A stretch of DNA of 63,109 nt, filler included, from Chiloscyllium plagiosum (Eukaryota): NCBI RefSeq assembly GCF_004010195.1. It is 4 parts of one record of this genome, joined end to end, with 100 filler letters (N's around TTAATTAATTAA, not from the genome) between each part and the next. Parts side by side here need not be neighbours in the genome. Positions count along the whole stretch, not along the records: positions 1 to 18,792 come from NC_057714.1; positions 18,893 to 43,948 come from NC_057714.1; 2 more parts are not named here. One strand, written 5' to 3'. Below, one piece after another: positions 13,355-25,077 of this stretch (positions within the stretch are counted from its first letter, which is position 1; each line of letters opens with the position of its first letter). The notes under the pieces are model-generated. The model ran no database searches. It was given only the letters and a program-made list of their open reading frames with translations, and was not told where the DNA came from. Made by a program: the position numbers and the translations under genes.

Positions 13355-14225
13355 TAGGCACAAGTCAGGAGTATGATTGAATAATACCCACATTTCTGGA
13401 TCAGTGCCACTCCATTAACATTCAAAAAGCTCAAAGCCATGCAGGATAAAGTAGACTACTTGGTTGGCGTTACAACAACCACCTATAACTGTCACTCTTT
13501 CACTACCAACCACAGTGGCAGCAGTGCATACCATCCACAGAACGCAATGGAACAAGTCCCTAGGATTTCTTATACAGCACCTTTTAAACTCATATCTTCT
13601 ACCACCTAGAAGGACATGCAGCAGATATATGAGAAAACAATCACCTGCAAGTTCCACTTTGAGCCATACACTATCTTAACTTGGAACTATATTGATATTG
13701 GGCGGCATAGTGGAACAGTGCTTAGCAATGCTGCCTCACAGTACCAGGGACCTGGGTTTGATCCCAGCCTGGGATGACTGCCTGTGTGGAGTGTGCATGC
13801 TTTCCTAGTGCCTGTATGGGTTTCTGCCAGGCGGTCTGGTTTCCTCCCACAGTCCAAATATGTGCAGCTTAGGTGGATTGGCAATGCTAAATTGCCCCAT
13901 AGTGACAAGGTATGTGCAGGCTGGATGGATTAGCTGTGGCAACTGTAGGGTTACGGGGATAGGGTGGGTCTGAATAGGATACTGTTTGGAGGGTTGGAGC
14001 AGGCTCGATGGGCAGAATGGCCTCTTTCTGCACTGTAGTGATTCTGTGATTTCTTTACTTTTGTTAGGTCAAAATTCTGGAACTCCCTTTCTAACAGCTC
14101 GATGACAGTCTCCACAACTTATGGTTTAAGAAGGCAGCACATCACACCACTTTCTCAAGAACTGGGGACATGCAAGAAATACCAGTCTAGTCCAATGTGG
14201 ACTACATCCCATTAATGAATTAAAG
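13355..14225 (+). mobile_element. Old CR1/L2-clade LINE 3' fragment interrupted by a SINE
   Basis: Similar to segments at 43200-43600 and 53960-54300; continuous either side of SINE 13700-14052. Confidence 0.6.
13700..14052 (+). mobile_element. tRNA-derived SINE (HE1-like)
   Basis: GGGCGGCA start, A-box-like gtggaacagtg, B-box-like ggtttgatccc, central gctaaattgccc, CR1-type gattct tail. Confidence 0.85.
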
Positions 14226-14964
14226 AAACCTGGCTATGGCTTTAGAAAAGCATTACTGCTTGCACAAATGCTTGAAACACAAGTCGTATTAACATAAATT
14301 GGACCACAAAGTGCATAGATAAAGAATGGGACCATTGTTAATTAAATGAAGATAAATGTTACATTCATTTACTTTCTCTCAATCTCAGGACATTCCAATT
14401 AAGCAGTTTTGAAGTGCAGCGAATAATGTACTGCTAAAATTGACAACTAATTTGCATACATCAAGGCTCCACTGATTATTGAAATAAATACATTATTGAG
14501 TTAAATGATGTGGATTGAAAGACAAATAGTAGCCAGACTAATTTCTTCTTTGAAAATGTGGAGGAATGATGGCAATTCTGACATAGCAATTATTTAATAC
14601 TGTACTGAGGTGTCAGCATAGTTAAAAGTTAAAAGTTCAACGCTCTAAAGTGAGGTTTGCATCCATGATCCTCTGGTTTAGAGGCAAAAGCACTAGCTAT
14701 TAGAGAAGCATGTCACATTGACAGTCTTATCTCCCTATCAGCAACACACCTCTCTTCCCTAATTCCATTGGCCCCGTATTACTTTTTCTGTAGTGTTTCT
14801 GAAAATTGATGTTGTTGCATTATCTGCCTTTGAAAGCAATTATCATAAATAGAACATCTACCAGTTAATAGTCCATCTAAATCTTTATTTTCTGGAGCAG
14901 AGAATAATGTGCACAAGGAAAAAGTGTACCATTTTGAGAAGAAAAAGGAAGCATCAGGGCTTGC

Positions 14965-15440
14965 CAACATCTCTGTCTCAGGCTTGCTGCAGTGATCCAG
15001 CGAAGCTCAGGAAAAAATGGAAGAACAACACCTCATTTTCCACTTGGGGACCCTGCAGCCCCCAGGATCAATATCAAGTTCAATAATTTTAGGGCCTGAA
15101 CTCCCCCATGTCCTAGCTCCCTACCACACACACCAGGCCTTATTATCACATAGTCTGCCATTACACACTACCTATTGTTAGCCACTAACAGTCTCCATAA
15201 ACAGCTCTTCACCCTCCCTGCCAAGATCATTATTGATTCCTTTGTCTGTCCAACTGTTTTCTCTCTCTTTGTGCTCTATCCCGACATTAGCTCCTCCCCA
15301 TCTTCTGCATATGTATCAACATTTTCCTACCTACCAACAATTCAGAGGGTCACCGGACTCAAAACATTACTTTTGATTTTTCTTCACAGATGCTGCCAGA
15401 CCTGCTGAGCTTTTCCAGCAACTTCTGTTTTTGTTTCTGA
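14965..15440 (+). mobile_element. Penelope-like element 3' fragment (GIY-YIG C-terminus + pseudo-LTR)
   Basis: Encodes EEQHLIFHLGTLQPPG; ends in gatgctgccagacctgctgagcttttccagca tail shared with other copies. Confidence 0.75.
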
Positions 15441-16276
15441 ACAAACATGAGCAGGATGCTCTATTATTCCTAACAGACAAGTCAGAGAGGTAAAGGGAGA
15501 TAAAAGATTCGAAGAGAGCTATCGATTCAAGATGGCAATGAGATAAATTGCTTATGGTGATTGGTGTTTATAGTTTTCTGAAATTTTGGTTATTTGAAAT
15601 ACCATGCATCATTACTCAGTAACATATTCTTCACAATTTAGAGTACAGTCTCCTAAAATAGATATTTCTTGTATACCTCATTGAGAAATTTAGCAGCTCC
15701 ATTGTGGTTTCTGACTCAGTGACTTTGGCATGACACCTTCCTTACTCAAGTACCAGCCCACACATATCCACTTAGGAGGTGATAAAAAATGAGATCAAAA
15801 GCACATATATGGATCTGCTTGTGAAAATATCTTCTGCTGTAAACACTAGTAAAAGGGTCCTTTGTAAGGTTGAGTATTGACGATCATTACATAGTCTTCT
15901 GAAAATTATTAATATTTAGCATACATTTTCAGATTCTGTATCATAAGAACAATTACAAATTTGTAAATTTTTTTGATAGTACGGCATTATGTTGTATGAC
16001 TTACATTCGTGAGATTGGTTTACAAATCAAAAACTACACTATAGATTTTTCAAAGTTAGTTCACATCAGCCTGTTATTTGAGCAGTTGTATAAATACCTT
16101 TAAGGTCTTACCTTGAGTAGCATGCTAGCTGTGATATTGATCGGTTTGGTCCCTCCTCTACTGCTTTAGTTTCATCCCCAAGATAAACCAATTACAACTT
16201 ATTTCCTTTCATGGTTTGCTAGCTATCAGTTTCCTTTATAAACTTTCTAACAAATATTGGAAAAGTATGGACTTAT

Positions 16277-17595
16277 TATGGATAGACAGCATGGATTTGC
16301 GCAGGGAGGTAGTGTCTCACAAACCCAATTGAGATTTTTAAGGAAGTGACAAAGATGATTGTTGAGGGCAGGGCAGTGAATATTTTCTGCATGGACTTTA
16401 GCAAAGGCCTTTGACATGGCAGGCTGGTCCAGAAGGTGATGTCACATGGTGACTTGGTAAGTTGATAAGATGGATACAGAATTGGGTTGGTCATAGCAGA
16501 CAGTAGTGGTGGAAGGGTGTTTTTCTGACTGGAGATCTGTGATCAGTGGCACTCTGCAGGGATCAGTGCTGGGAGATCTGTTGTTGTTAATAGATATGGA
16601 GAGGATGGTAGTCTGATGAGTAGGTTTGAGGACAACACAAAGATTGTGGGAGCTGTGGATAGTGAGGAAGATTGCTAGAGGATACAGCAGGATGTATATA
16701 GGCTGGAGACTTAGCAGAAAAATGGCAGATAGAATTTAATGTGACGTGATGCATTTTGGAAGATCCACTGCAGGAGGAAAATTTACAGTAAATGGTAAAA
16801 CCCACAGAAGCAATAATATATAGAGAACTAGGCATCCGGGTCCACACTTCCCTGAAAGTGACAACACAAATGGATAAGATGGTCAAGAAGGCTTATAGTA
16901 TGCTTATCTTCATTGGTTTTGGCATAGAATATAAAAATTGGCAAGTATATAGAACTTTACTTAGGCCACATTTGGAATATTGTGTAGAGTCTGGTCACTA
17001 CGCTACCAGAAGCATGTGGAGGCTTTGAAGAAGGTATAGAAAAAGCTTATCAGGATGTTTTCTGATTTGGAGGGTATTAGCTTTGAGAAGAGATAGACAA
17101 ATTTGGTTTGTTTTCACTTGAATGTTGGAGATTGATGGGCAACCTTATAGAACTTTTTAAAGTTGAGAGATATGGAAAGAATGGGTAATCAGAGTTTCTT
17201 TTCCAGGGCAGGTTTTTTTTATACACAGCAGATGGTAAGTACCTGGAATGCGCCACCAGATGAGGTGACAGAAGCATATTCAATAGCAATGTTTAAGGGA
17301 CATCTTGTCAGATACATGGATAGGCAGGAAATGGAGGAATTCTGGATCAGTGGTGCTGGAAGAGCACAGCAATTCAGGCAGCATCCGAGGACAGGCAAAA
17401 TCTTGCCTGAATTGCTGTGCTCTTCCAGCACCACTGATCCAGAATCTGGTTTCCAGCATCTGCAGTCATTGTTTTTACCTAGGAAATGGAGGAATACAGA
17501 CTGCGTAGAGGCAAAAGATTTTTAGTTTAGAAAAGCATGTGTTGGCACAGGGTTGGTGGGCTGAAGGGTCTGTTCTTCTGCTGTACTGTTCTTTG
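16277..17595 (+). mobile_element. Decayed CR1 LINE RT/3' part
   Basis: QHGF, DFSKG, LRPHLEYC, WNA.P remnants; CR1 tail. Confidence 0.85.
17341..17480. mobile_element. 140-bp fold-back Penelope pseudo-LTR insertion
   Basis: 15-bp TSD aggaaatggaggaat (17326-17340 / 17481-17495); perfect 42-bp inverted repeat; related to 38663-38710. Confidence 0.85.
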
Positions 17596-18523
17596 CATTT
17601 TGTATTACTTAAATTTGCTTGACCCGTTGAAAACTTTCCTCGCTATAATCAGTTCAGAAGGATCACTGAACCCTGAAACATTAACTCTGCTTTCTCTCTA
17701 CAAATGAGTCAGACCTGCTGAGTTTTTCCAATAATTTCTGTTTTTGTATCAAATGCAGTAATGTGGCTTCAGAATATTCTGTTCTAAGAAACTATCCAAA
17801 AATACGCTATGATCTCCTTAGTTAGGCTACCTTTGTTCTGTCATGATTATTGCTTACTTTTCTGAAAGTCTCTCATTATTTCTTCCTTTATGCTCCACTG
17901 TATCATGTAGTGACAGTTAAGGGGCCATGCATCACTTCCAGGAGTGACTTTTTGCCTTCATCACTTTTCATCTCGACCGAAACAATTTTTGAATTCTGGT
18001 TTCCTGAACTTCTATTCTGTTATTTATTAACTAACAAAGCCATCCCTCTATATTTTCCTAGCTTCGTGTACGCCTAAATTTCCTGAAACTTTAAGATTCA
18101 GGCCTCAATCCATAAAATTCTGCAGCCTTGTCCTTGTAACAGCTAGCAGATTTTAAAAGTTCAGTGCTTCAATACAGTGGGAGTTTCCAGCATGATCTTT
18201 CTGAAAAGTAATCTGAATGTTAAGGGGAAGAAATTATTTCTCAAATTTTTGATAATTTTAAATATTTTAAACTGTTGTGGTGATATAGGATGGTAGACTG
18301 GGGTGGCACAGCAGATCAGTGGCTGGTGCTGCTGTTTCACAGGATCAGGGGCCCGGGTTCGATTCCTTGGTGACTGTCTGCATGGTGTTTGCATGTTTTC
18401 CCCGTGTCTGCTTGGGTTTCCTCCATGTGGAGAAAGTGAGGTCTGCAGATGCTGGAGATCAGAGCTGGAAATGTGTTGCTGGAAAAGCGCAGCAGGTCAG
18501 GCAGCATCCAGGGAACAGGAGAA

Positions 18524-18555
18524 TCGAAGTTTCGGGCATAAGCCCTTCTTCAGGA
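18524..18555 (-). ncRNA. Minimal type I hammerhead-like core (sense to ENKUR pre-mRNA)
   Basis: CUGAAGA-AGGGC-UUAU-GCCC-GAAA-CUUC. Confidence 0.65.
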
Positions 18556-18792
18556 ATGAGGAAAGTTTGTCCAGCAGGCTAAGATAAAAGGTAGGGAGGA
18601 GGGACTTGGGGGAGGGGCGTCGGAAATGTGATAGGTGGAAAGAGGAAACCATTATCTCCCAGACCGTCCATAACCTCATCACCTCGGGGGATCTCCCATC
18701 CACCGCCTCCAACCTCATAGTCCCACAACCCCGCACCTCCCGCTTCTACCTCCTGCCCAAAATCCACAAACCTGACTGCCCCGGCCGACCCA

Positions 18793-18892
18793 NNNNNNNN
18801 NNNNNNNNNNNNNNNNNNNNNNNNNNNNNNNNNNNNTTAATTAATTAANNNNNNNNNNNNNNNNNNNNNNNNNNNNNNNNNNNNNNNNNNNN
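18793..18892. other. Artificial 100-bp gap linker (N44-TTAATTAATTAA-N44); also at 43949-44048 and 50931-51030
   Basis: Identical centred 12-mer with stops in all six frames in three gaps. Confidence 0.95.
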
Positions 18893-19041
18893 GGTGGATG
18901 GGAGATCCCCCGAGGTGATGAGGTTATGGACGGTCTGGGAGATAATGGTTTGTTCTTTCCACCTATCACATTTCCGACGCCCCTCCCCCAAGTCCCTCCT
19001 CCCTACCTTTTATCTTAGCCTGCTGGACAAACTTTCCTCAT

Positions 19042-19073
19042 TCCTGAAGAAGGGCTTATGCCCGAAACTTCGA
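19042..19073 (+). ncRNA. Minimal type I hammerhead-like core (mirror copy)
   Basis: CTGAAGA at 19044, GGGC/GCCC stem II, GAAA at 19064. Confidence 0.65.
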
Positions 19074-19537
19074 TTCTCCTGTTCCCTGGATGCTGCCTGA
19101 CCTGCTGCGCTTTTCCAGCAACACATTTCCAGCTCTTTCCTCCATGTGCTCCAGTTTCCTCCTGCAGTCCAAACTTATGCAGATCAGGTGGTTTGGCCAT
19201 GCTAAATTGCCCATAGTGTCTAGGGATGCTCAGGCTAGGTGCACTAACCATGGGAGATGCAAGGTTACAGGGACTGGGTAGGGTGATGGGTCTGGGTGGG
19301 ATGCTCTGTAAAGGGTCAGTTATATCTGATAGGCAGAATGGCCTGTCTCCACACTGCAGAGAATCTATGATAAGATAAATTGAACATTTGAAAGACAGAC
19401 TTTTGTGCAAGGGATGGAAAAATTTGGTACATCAGAAGTATATAAAAAGATTCCTTGAGGTGAAGGATTTTAAAACTTATACAAAAAGGTAATAAAAACA
19501 CAGCAAATAATCCATTCCAATGTATCAATGCACAAAC

Positions 19538-19758
19538 CTTTCTGTAGAGAAGTGTTGGAAGAAGCCCTGATGGTTCCAACAAGATTTTATTTCCTTTTCT
19601 AGTATCAACAATGATTGGCACAGGTTTCTTGGGGACTGCCATCTGAACGTCAACTACGTTGGCTTGAACAAAGTTTTTCTTGGTACGAAGTCCCATTAGT
19701 GGTTTGTCAGATGGGATAGAAGATTTAATTCCTTCTACAGGAACTTTGTAAGGTTTCC
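19538..19758 (-). CDS. ENKUR: Enkurin coding exon 3 (221 nt; KPYKVPVEG...MGLRTKKNFVQAN...PKKPVPIIVDTRKGNKILLEPSGLLPTLLYRK)
   Basis: Overlaps ORF 19316-19696; KNF, KKP.P..VD.R.G, LEPSGL motifs; acceptor catttcacag, donor AAG|GTTTGT. Confidence 0.95.
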
Positions 19759-20719
19759 CTGTGAAATGAAACAGATTTTTTCCTGAAATGATGCAGATTA
19801 TGGATTTATTTTATGACTGCCAATGTTCAGCAATGGCTCGAAAAGCAATGCAATGTGATATTTCTCCACCCAAAGGCTGGCTGGGAACTGACACATCACA
19901 CGTACCTGTGGAAATAAATTAATTTACAGAAAAATGCTGCAAGCTTTAATTACTTTCTAACAAGTGTAGGCACAGCCTGATGTTGTGCTAAGCAATGTAA
20001 ATTTCTTAGTCTGTGCTAAATTAGCTGATCTCAATTATGACAATGGATCATTTCTCTTGATCCTACATCCTTGAAGTAGAGGGAATGAGTTAGTAAAAAA
20101 ACCCAGAAGTGTGGGAGGAATCTTGACTTCATCAGTAAAAGTAGCTTATTGAAATGGCATCATTTATTAATAATACTGAAATTTCTCTCAAAACTATTAT
20201 AACTTGAAAATTTATATGAAATTGGCTGTAATAGGCAAAATGCCCCATTATTTCAGCTTTAACTGGCAAAAACACTTTATCAGCTGCTAGCCAGGATCCA
20301 ATTGTATAATGTAAGGTTTGAACTCAGTTTGTGTGTGAAGATGACAACAATAAACTCGTCGTCCTCAATCACGCACTAATATGTGTCAGTAAAGACCAAC
20401 TTGAATCAAACAAAGGGATGGCACAACTAACAAGAGTCAGTTGCTGAGCCTTTCTTCTCACAAGACACATCATTATAAACTCAGCTCAGTACTAATGACT
20501 CCAGAGCTTAGACTCATTAAAAGATGAATTTTTGCAGAATGATAAATATTACAGAACAGGGGGAAGCTTTTCAGCCTCAATGCTGCCACTTACTTCTGTA
20601 ATCTTGTTCCCCTTCAGACCTTTACATATTCTTTGTATTTATATATTTATTCCAAGCCTTTTTTAAATGATATTCTATACGCTACCTCAATAGCCACTAT
20701 GGTGCAACAACTTCTGGTC

Positions 20720-21650
20720 TAATTGTTCTCAGTACTAAAAGCAACTTTGTGCTTTGGTTCTTCCAATTAGATGCTCAGTCTCCATCCCCTTGCTCCAATT
20801 GCCATTCATGAGAGGAATCTATTTATGCATAGTAAAGTCTCTGGATTTTACTCACCTTTGTTTGCCCTTCTCTTGGTATTATTAACACTCATATGGTGCT
20901 GTCACTGCTTCTGCCTTAGCAAAATATTCCTGGCTCCAACATCAACTTCATTTCACTGCTGCATCTCTCTTCACTCCTCCCAGCTTGAGCCCAAACCTCC
21001 TGTTATTCAAAACCAGTTTCCACCTCCCCTGATCCAATTTCTAAGCTTTGTTCTTTCCTCACCTGAGCCCCATGTAGTTCTTAAAGTACCTCTCCATTCC
21101 TTGTTATCTGGCCAAATCATATTTCAAATCACTCTTGCTCACCCTCTTGAATGTAACCCTTCTCCTTTTCGTTCTATCTTCCAATTCACTAGATATCCTC
21201 TTCTCTAGTCTCTCATGTGATATCTCCTCTACTTTTTAAAAGGTGGGATAAATGAATTAGATCATTGACCTCACTTAACAGAATAAAATCCTCAATGAAA
21301 TGACCTGCTTGTTCTCTTTGCTCCTCTCAATAATCACGTTCCCACACTTTAATCCTCTCACCACTTTCTCTTTTATTGACTGTAAACTCCAACAATTACT
21401 GCAACCTTTTCTCCTGACTCCATATTACTTAACCCAGGCCCCCAAGTCTCCCTGACCTTTAATTCATTCTTCCTTCCTTCACTAATCCCTATTTATAGAA
21501 TCTCTCTTCCCTCATCCCATTCCCTTCCCCTCAATGGTATAACCATTCTGCAGTCACTCTCACACCCTTCCTCAGTTTTCTTCTCTCCTCCAAACAGCAG
21601 TTCCCATTTGCCCTCACTACTCCAAATTCCTTAGCTTTTGCCCTTTGTCC
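20720..21650 (+). mobile_element. Highly decayed pyrimidine-rich LINE fragment (L2-like)
   Basis: C/T-rich composition typical of L2 ORF2 sense strand; no intact motif read. Confidence 0.4.
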
Positions 21651-22172
21651 AGAATGTATATGCTACAGTTAGAAGTAGGATCTGACTTTATTTGAAACTC
21701 TGCAAGAAAAGTAACATGTGGAGAAGAAAATCAGCTTGCATATACAATGTAAATGCAATATGCCCAATAAAAATTGAAAGCTGTCATGCTGTCCATGATG
21801 AGTAATGAAAAACAACAGTTCAATAAATTGTTGACACTCAAAATGGGCATTAATTTCTAGCCACACTTGTGTTATCATAAATGAATTAAATTAAATATCA
21901 ACCAACTCTGTAGCTTGCGGACTAAATCCACACTGATTCTATCAACAATGAGTAGATTACAGTCTGTAGTTTTCCAAATACTAAAATTGATCTGTGAAAA
22001 TCTCATGCTGTGGGTGAACTCATGGTGAAATCACCCACCTGTGGTTTTGAATCCTGTGAAAACAATTCGCTCCTTCAAAGTGAATGACCCTTCTAAAAAG
22101 AACATTAATTTTAGCTTACAGTTAAGATATTGGAGATAAGAAACTATTTTGCAATATTTTACAGAGACTTAC

Positions 22173-22318
22173 GTTCTGGTAGCTTTTGTTCCTTGGAATG
22201 TTTCAATAGATGGTGCTTTGGACAAGGAGGCTCAACTTTGGGCAAACCCATCGTCTTGTGTGCTGATTTCTTAGAATCCCAGTCTTTCTGTACAATGTTC
22301 CGTTGTTTTGAATGATAA
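22173..22318 (-). CDS. ENKUR: Enkurin coding exon 2 (146 nt; YHSKQRNIVQKDWDSKKSAHKTMGLPKVEPPCPKHHLLKHSKEQKLPE)
   Basis: Acceptor ttcttttgtcag, donor C|GTAAGT; KTMG.PKVE.P and LKHSKE enkurin motifs; frame continuous. Confidence 0.95.
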
Positions 22319-22405
22319 CTGACAAAAGAAAAAAAATCTTAAATTTTTTTGAGCATTTTCATGTGAACAAAGCAACAGCTGTAATTTTGGCACAATACCA
22401 GAAAC

Positions 22406-24100
22406 TGTCACAAAGTTAATCCCTTTTTTTCTAAAAGCTGTTCCTTGGCTCAAGGAGTCTCTGTCCTTGATTTTTTTCAGAGGGGTAATAAACCAGGACG
22501 GGCTCTGATCAGTCTGATTTGGAACAGAGATGAAAAGGATTTTGAGAGGCCTTTTGTTTAAATGTAAATAGACGAGACTTCAGGCCAAATTGGTCATGCT
22601 TTAGAAGTGCCATGTATAAAGAAAGAAGAGTGCTCAGCTCTCTAGCTAGCTGAGCAGTTTTAGTTCAGCCTTGAACTGGTTGGAAGTTCAACAGGGAGCT
22701 GTGTGGAAACTCTCTCTCTCTTTCTGTCCTTTAATTTCAACCGGTAAGCATGTGTTCCATCTATACCGGTTTTTAAAAGGAGTTTGCTTCTTGGGACTGT
22801 TGCTTATATTTGGAACAGTATAATTAAGCCTAGTTGGATAGGCAGAGGTCTGTAGGGGTTCTTTATTCTGTCCTTTGTGTTTCATTGTGTAATTTTGTGA
22901 ATAAATGCTTGTCTGTTTTAAAATCTAGGAGTCAACCTAGCGAACTTAATCTGGGTAATTTTTTACTGTACAATTAATGAAACAAATTGCAAAGTTATGG
23001 TCTGAGCTGCCAGTTTAAGAATGTTTTGAGTGGTCTGGCTCAGTCCATAACAGATTGGAGGCTCTTGGCGGGATTTTAAACAGTGAGTGGTAGGTGCTAG
23101 CGTCTTTATTTCAGGTGTTGGTTTGGTTGGATAGACAAGGCTTGGGATAGTAATGAAGGGCTGATGAAGAGCTTTTTCCCAAACGTCGATTTTCCTGCTC
23201 CTTGGATGCTGCCTGACCTGCTGTGCTTTTCCAGCACCACTCTGATCTAGACTTGGGATAGTAATGGCTCTTTCAGTCACCAAAAGTTTTCTGGAAGAGG
23301 ATGCAGTGACTTTGCAAGTTTTGCAATACGTGAATAAGACCAAGTTGCAAGAATTAGCAGAAAGGCTGGAATTGGAACTGCCTGCTTCTGTGAGGAAAGG
23401 AGAGATAATTACAGCAGTAGGTCAGCATTTTAAACTTGCTGGAGAAACCATCAGAATCTATAGAGATGGCAAGAATTCAATTGCAAATGAAATAGCTTGA
23501 ATTAGAGGCGAGAGATAAGGAAAGGGCAGCAGAAATGAAGCAGTTCGAGTTACGATTAGAAGCAGAAGAGAAGGAAGAAGAGAGATCAGCAGAACAGAGG
23601 GAAAAAGAGAGAGCATTTGAACTTCAAAAACTGACACTTAAAAAGGAAACTTAGCTTAAAGGGCTGAAGGTAACTTCAGTGAGGAAGTTGTGCAAAGTCA
23701 TGTGGAAGAGCAGTTAAAACAGTAAGGTTAGCTGCTGAAGTGGCTGATGATTATGAGCATAAAACACGGTTTGGCTTCCAGAATCAATTTCAGTCGATGA
23801 GGGATTGAAATTGGGGCAAAGAGAAATCCTCATGTGGAAAGGGAAAGGTAGATCTCAATGAAGATCATAAAGGTAACTTATAGGGTAAAAAAGAAACCTT
23901 TGAGGGGTACAAAGAAGTTAAAAAGCTCCGGTGTTTTCATTGTAATAAATTGGGCGACATGAAATCACAGTGTTGGTGGGCGAGGAGAAAGCTGTAGGAA
24001 AACCAGATAGTGTTGTCGGAAGTGTTGTCGGACTAGTAACAAAAAGCACAAGGGAAGTTAGGCAACAGCCTCAGAGTGTACAAGATGATCAGAGGTTGTT
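22406..24100 (+). mobile_element. Gypsy-type LTR retrotransposon remnant: 5' LTR (~22406-23052), PBS, decayed gag
   Basis: TGT...ACA ends, AATAAA at ~22900; TGGAGGCTC..CGGGAT at 23056 resembles a tRNA-Pro PBS; gag-like ORF 23264-23500, E/R-rich coiled coil, knuckle CFHCNKLGDMKSQC at 23932-23973. Confidence 0.78.
23156..23251 (+). mobile_element. 96-bp Penelope pseudo-LTR insertion with degenerate hammerhead
   Basis: 15-bp TSD cttgggatagtaatg (23141-23155 / 23252-23266); CTGATGA at 23161. Confidence 0.85.
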
Positions 24101-24103
24101 TAA

Positions 24104-25077
24104 CTAACTCAAAGGAAGAAGACAGAGGGTGCTGGTGGAGGGTTGTTTTTCAGACTGGAGGCCTGTGACCAGTGGAGTGCCACAAGGATCGGTATTGAGT
24201 CCACTACTTTTCATTATTTATATAAATGACTTGGATGTGAACGTAAGAGATATAGTTAGTAAGTTGGCAGATGACACTATAATTGGAGGTGTAGTGGACA
24301 GCGAAGAAGGTTTCTTAGATTACAAGGGGATTTTGATCAGATGGGCCAATGGGCTGAGATGTGGCAGATGGAGTTTTCTTTAGATAAATGCGAGGTGCTG
24401 CATTTTGGGAAAGCAAATCTTAACAGGACTTATACACTTAATGGTAAGGTCCTCGGTGTGTTGCTGGACAAAGAGACATTGGAGTGCAGGTTCATAACTC
24501 CTTGAAAGTGGAGTCACAGGTAGATAGGATAGTGAAGAAGGCGTTTGGTATGCTTTCCTTTATTGGTCAGAGTATTGAGTACAGGAGTCGGGAGGTCATG
24601 TTGCGGCTGTACAGGACATTGGTTAGGCCACTGTTGGAATATTGTGTGCAATTCTGGTTTCTTTCCTATCGGAAAGATGTTGTGAAACTTGAAAGAGTTC
24701 AGAAAAGATTTATACGGATGTTGTCAGGGTTGGAGGATTTGAGTTATAGGGAGAGGTTGAAAAGGCGAGGACTGTTTTCCCTGGAGGCTGAGGGCATGGA
24801 TAGGATAAATAATCAAAGTCTTTTCTCTGGGCTGGGGGAGTCCAGAACTAGAGGGCATAGGTTTAAGGTGAGAGGGGAAAGGTATAAAAGAAACCCAAGA
24901 GGCAGCTTTTTCACTCAGAGGGTAATACATGTATGGAACGAGCTGTCAGAGGAAGTGGTGGAGGCTACTACAATTGTAACAGTTAAAGGGTGTGTGGAAC
25001 TAGATTGGATTGGGATATCTGGTCGGCATGGATAGGTTGGACCGAGGGGTCTGTTTCCGTGCTGTACATCTCTATGA
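24104..25077 (+). mobile_element. CR1 LINE 3' portion
   Basis: ORFs 24129-24383 ([13 protein letters not shown]) and 24484-25035. Confidence 0.92.

Larger units (their letters stand above)
18430..19135. mobile_element. Penelope-like element with inverted arms (pseudo-LTR + RT fragment), central gap
   Basis: RT fragment PRTSRFYLLPKIHKPDCPGRP; arms reverse-complementary; 13-bp TSD tttcctccatgtg (18417-18429 / 19136-19148). Confidence 0.88.
18300..19370 (+). mobile_element. HE1-like SINE split by a Penelope insertion
   Basis: tRNA-like head with GGTTCGATTCC B-box at ~18356; body resumes at 19136. Confidence 0.85.

Noticed and set aside
13700..13775. tRNA-like A/B boxes (also 18300, 36966, 46370, 51328, 57820)
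   Set aside because: They are SINE heads followed by SINE bodies, not tRNA genes
19785..19895. Possible intronic C/D snoRNA near exon 3
   Set aside because: On the strand opposite the host transcript; box C imperfect (ATGATGC) and no terminal stem
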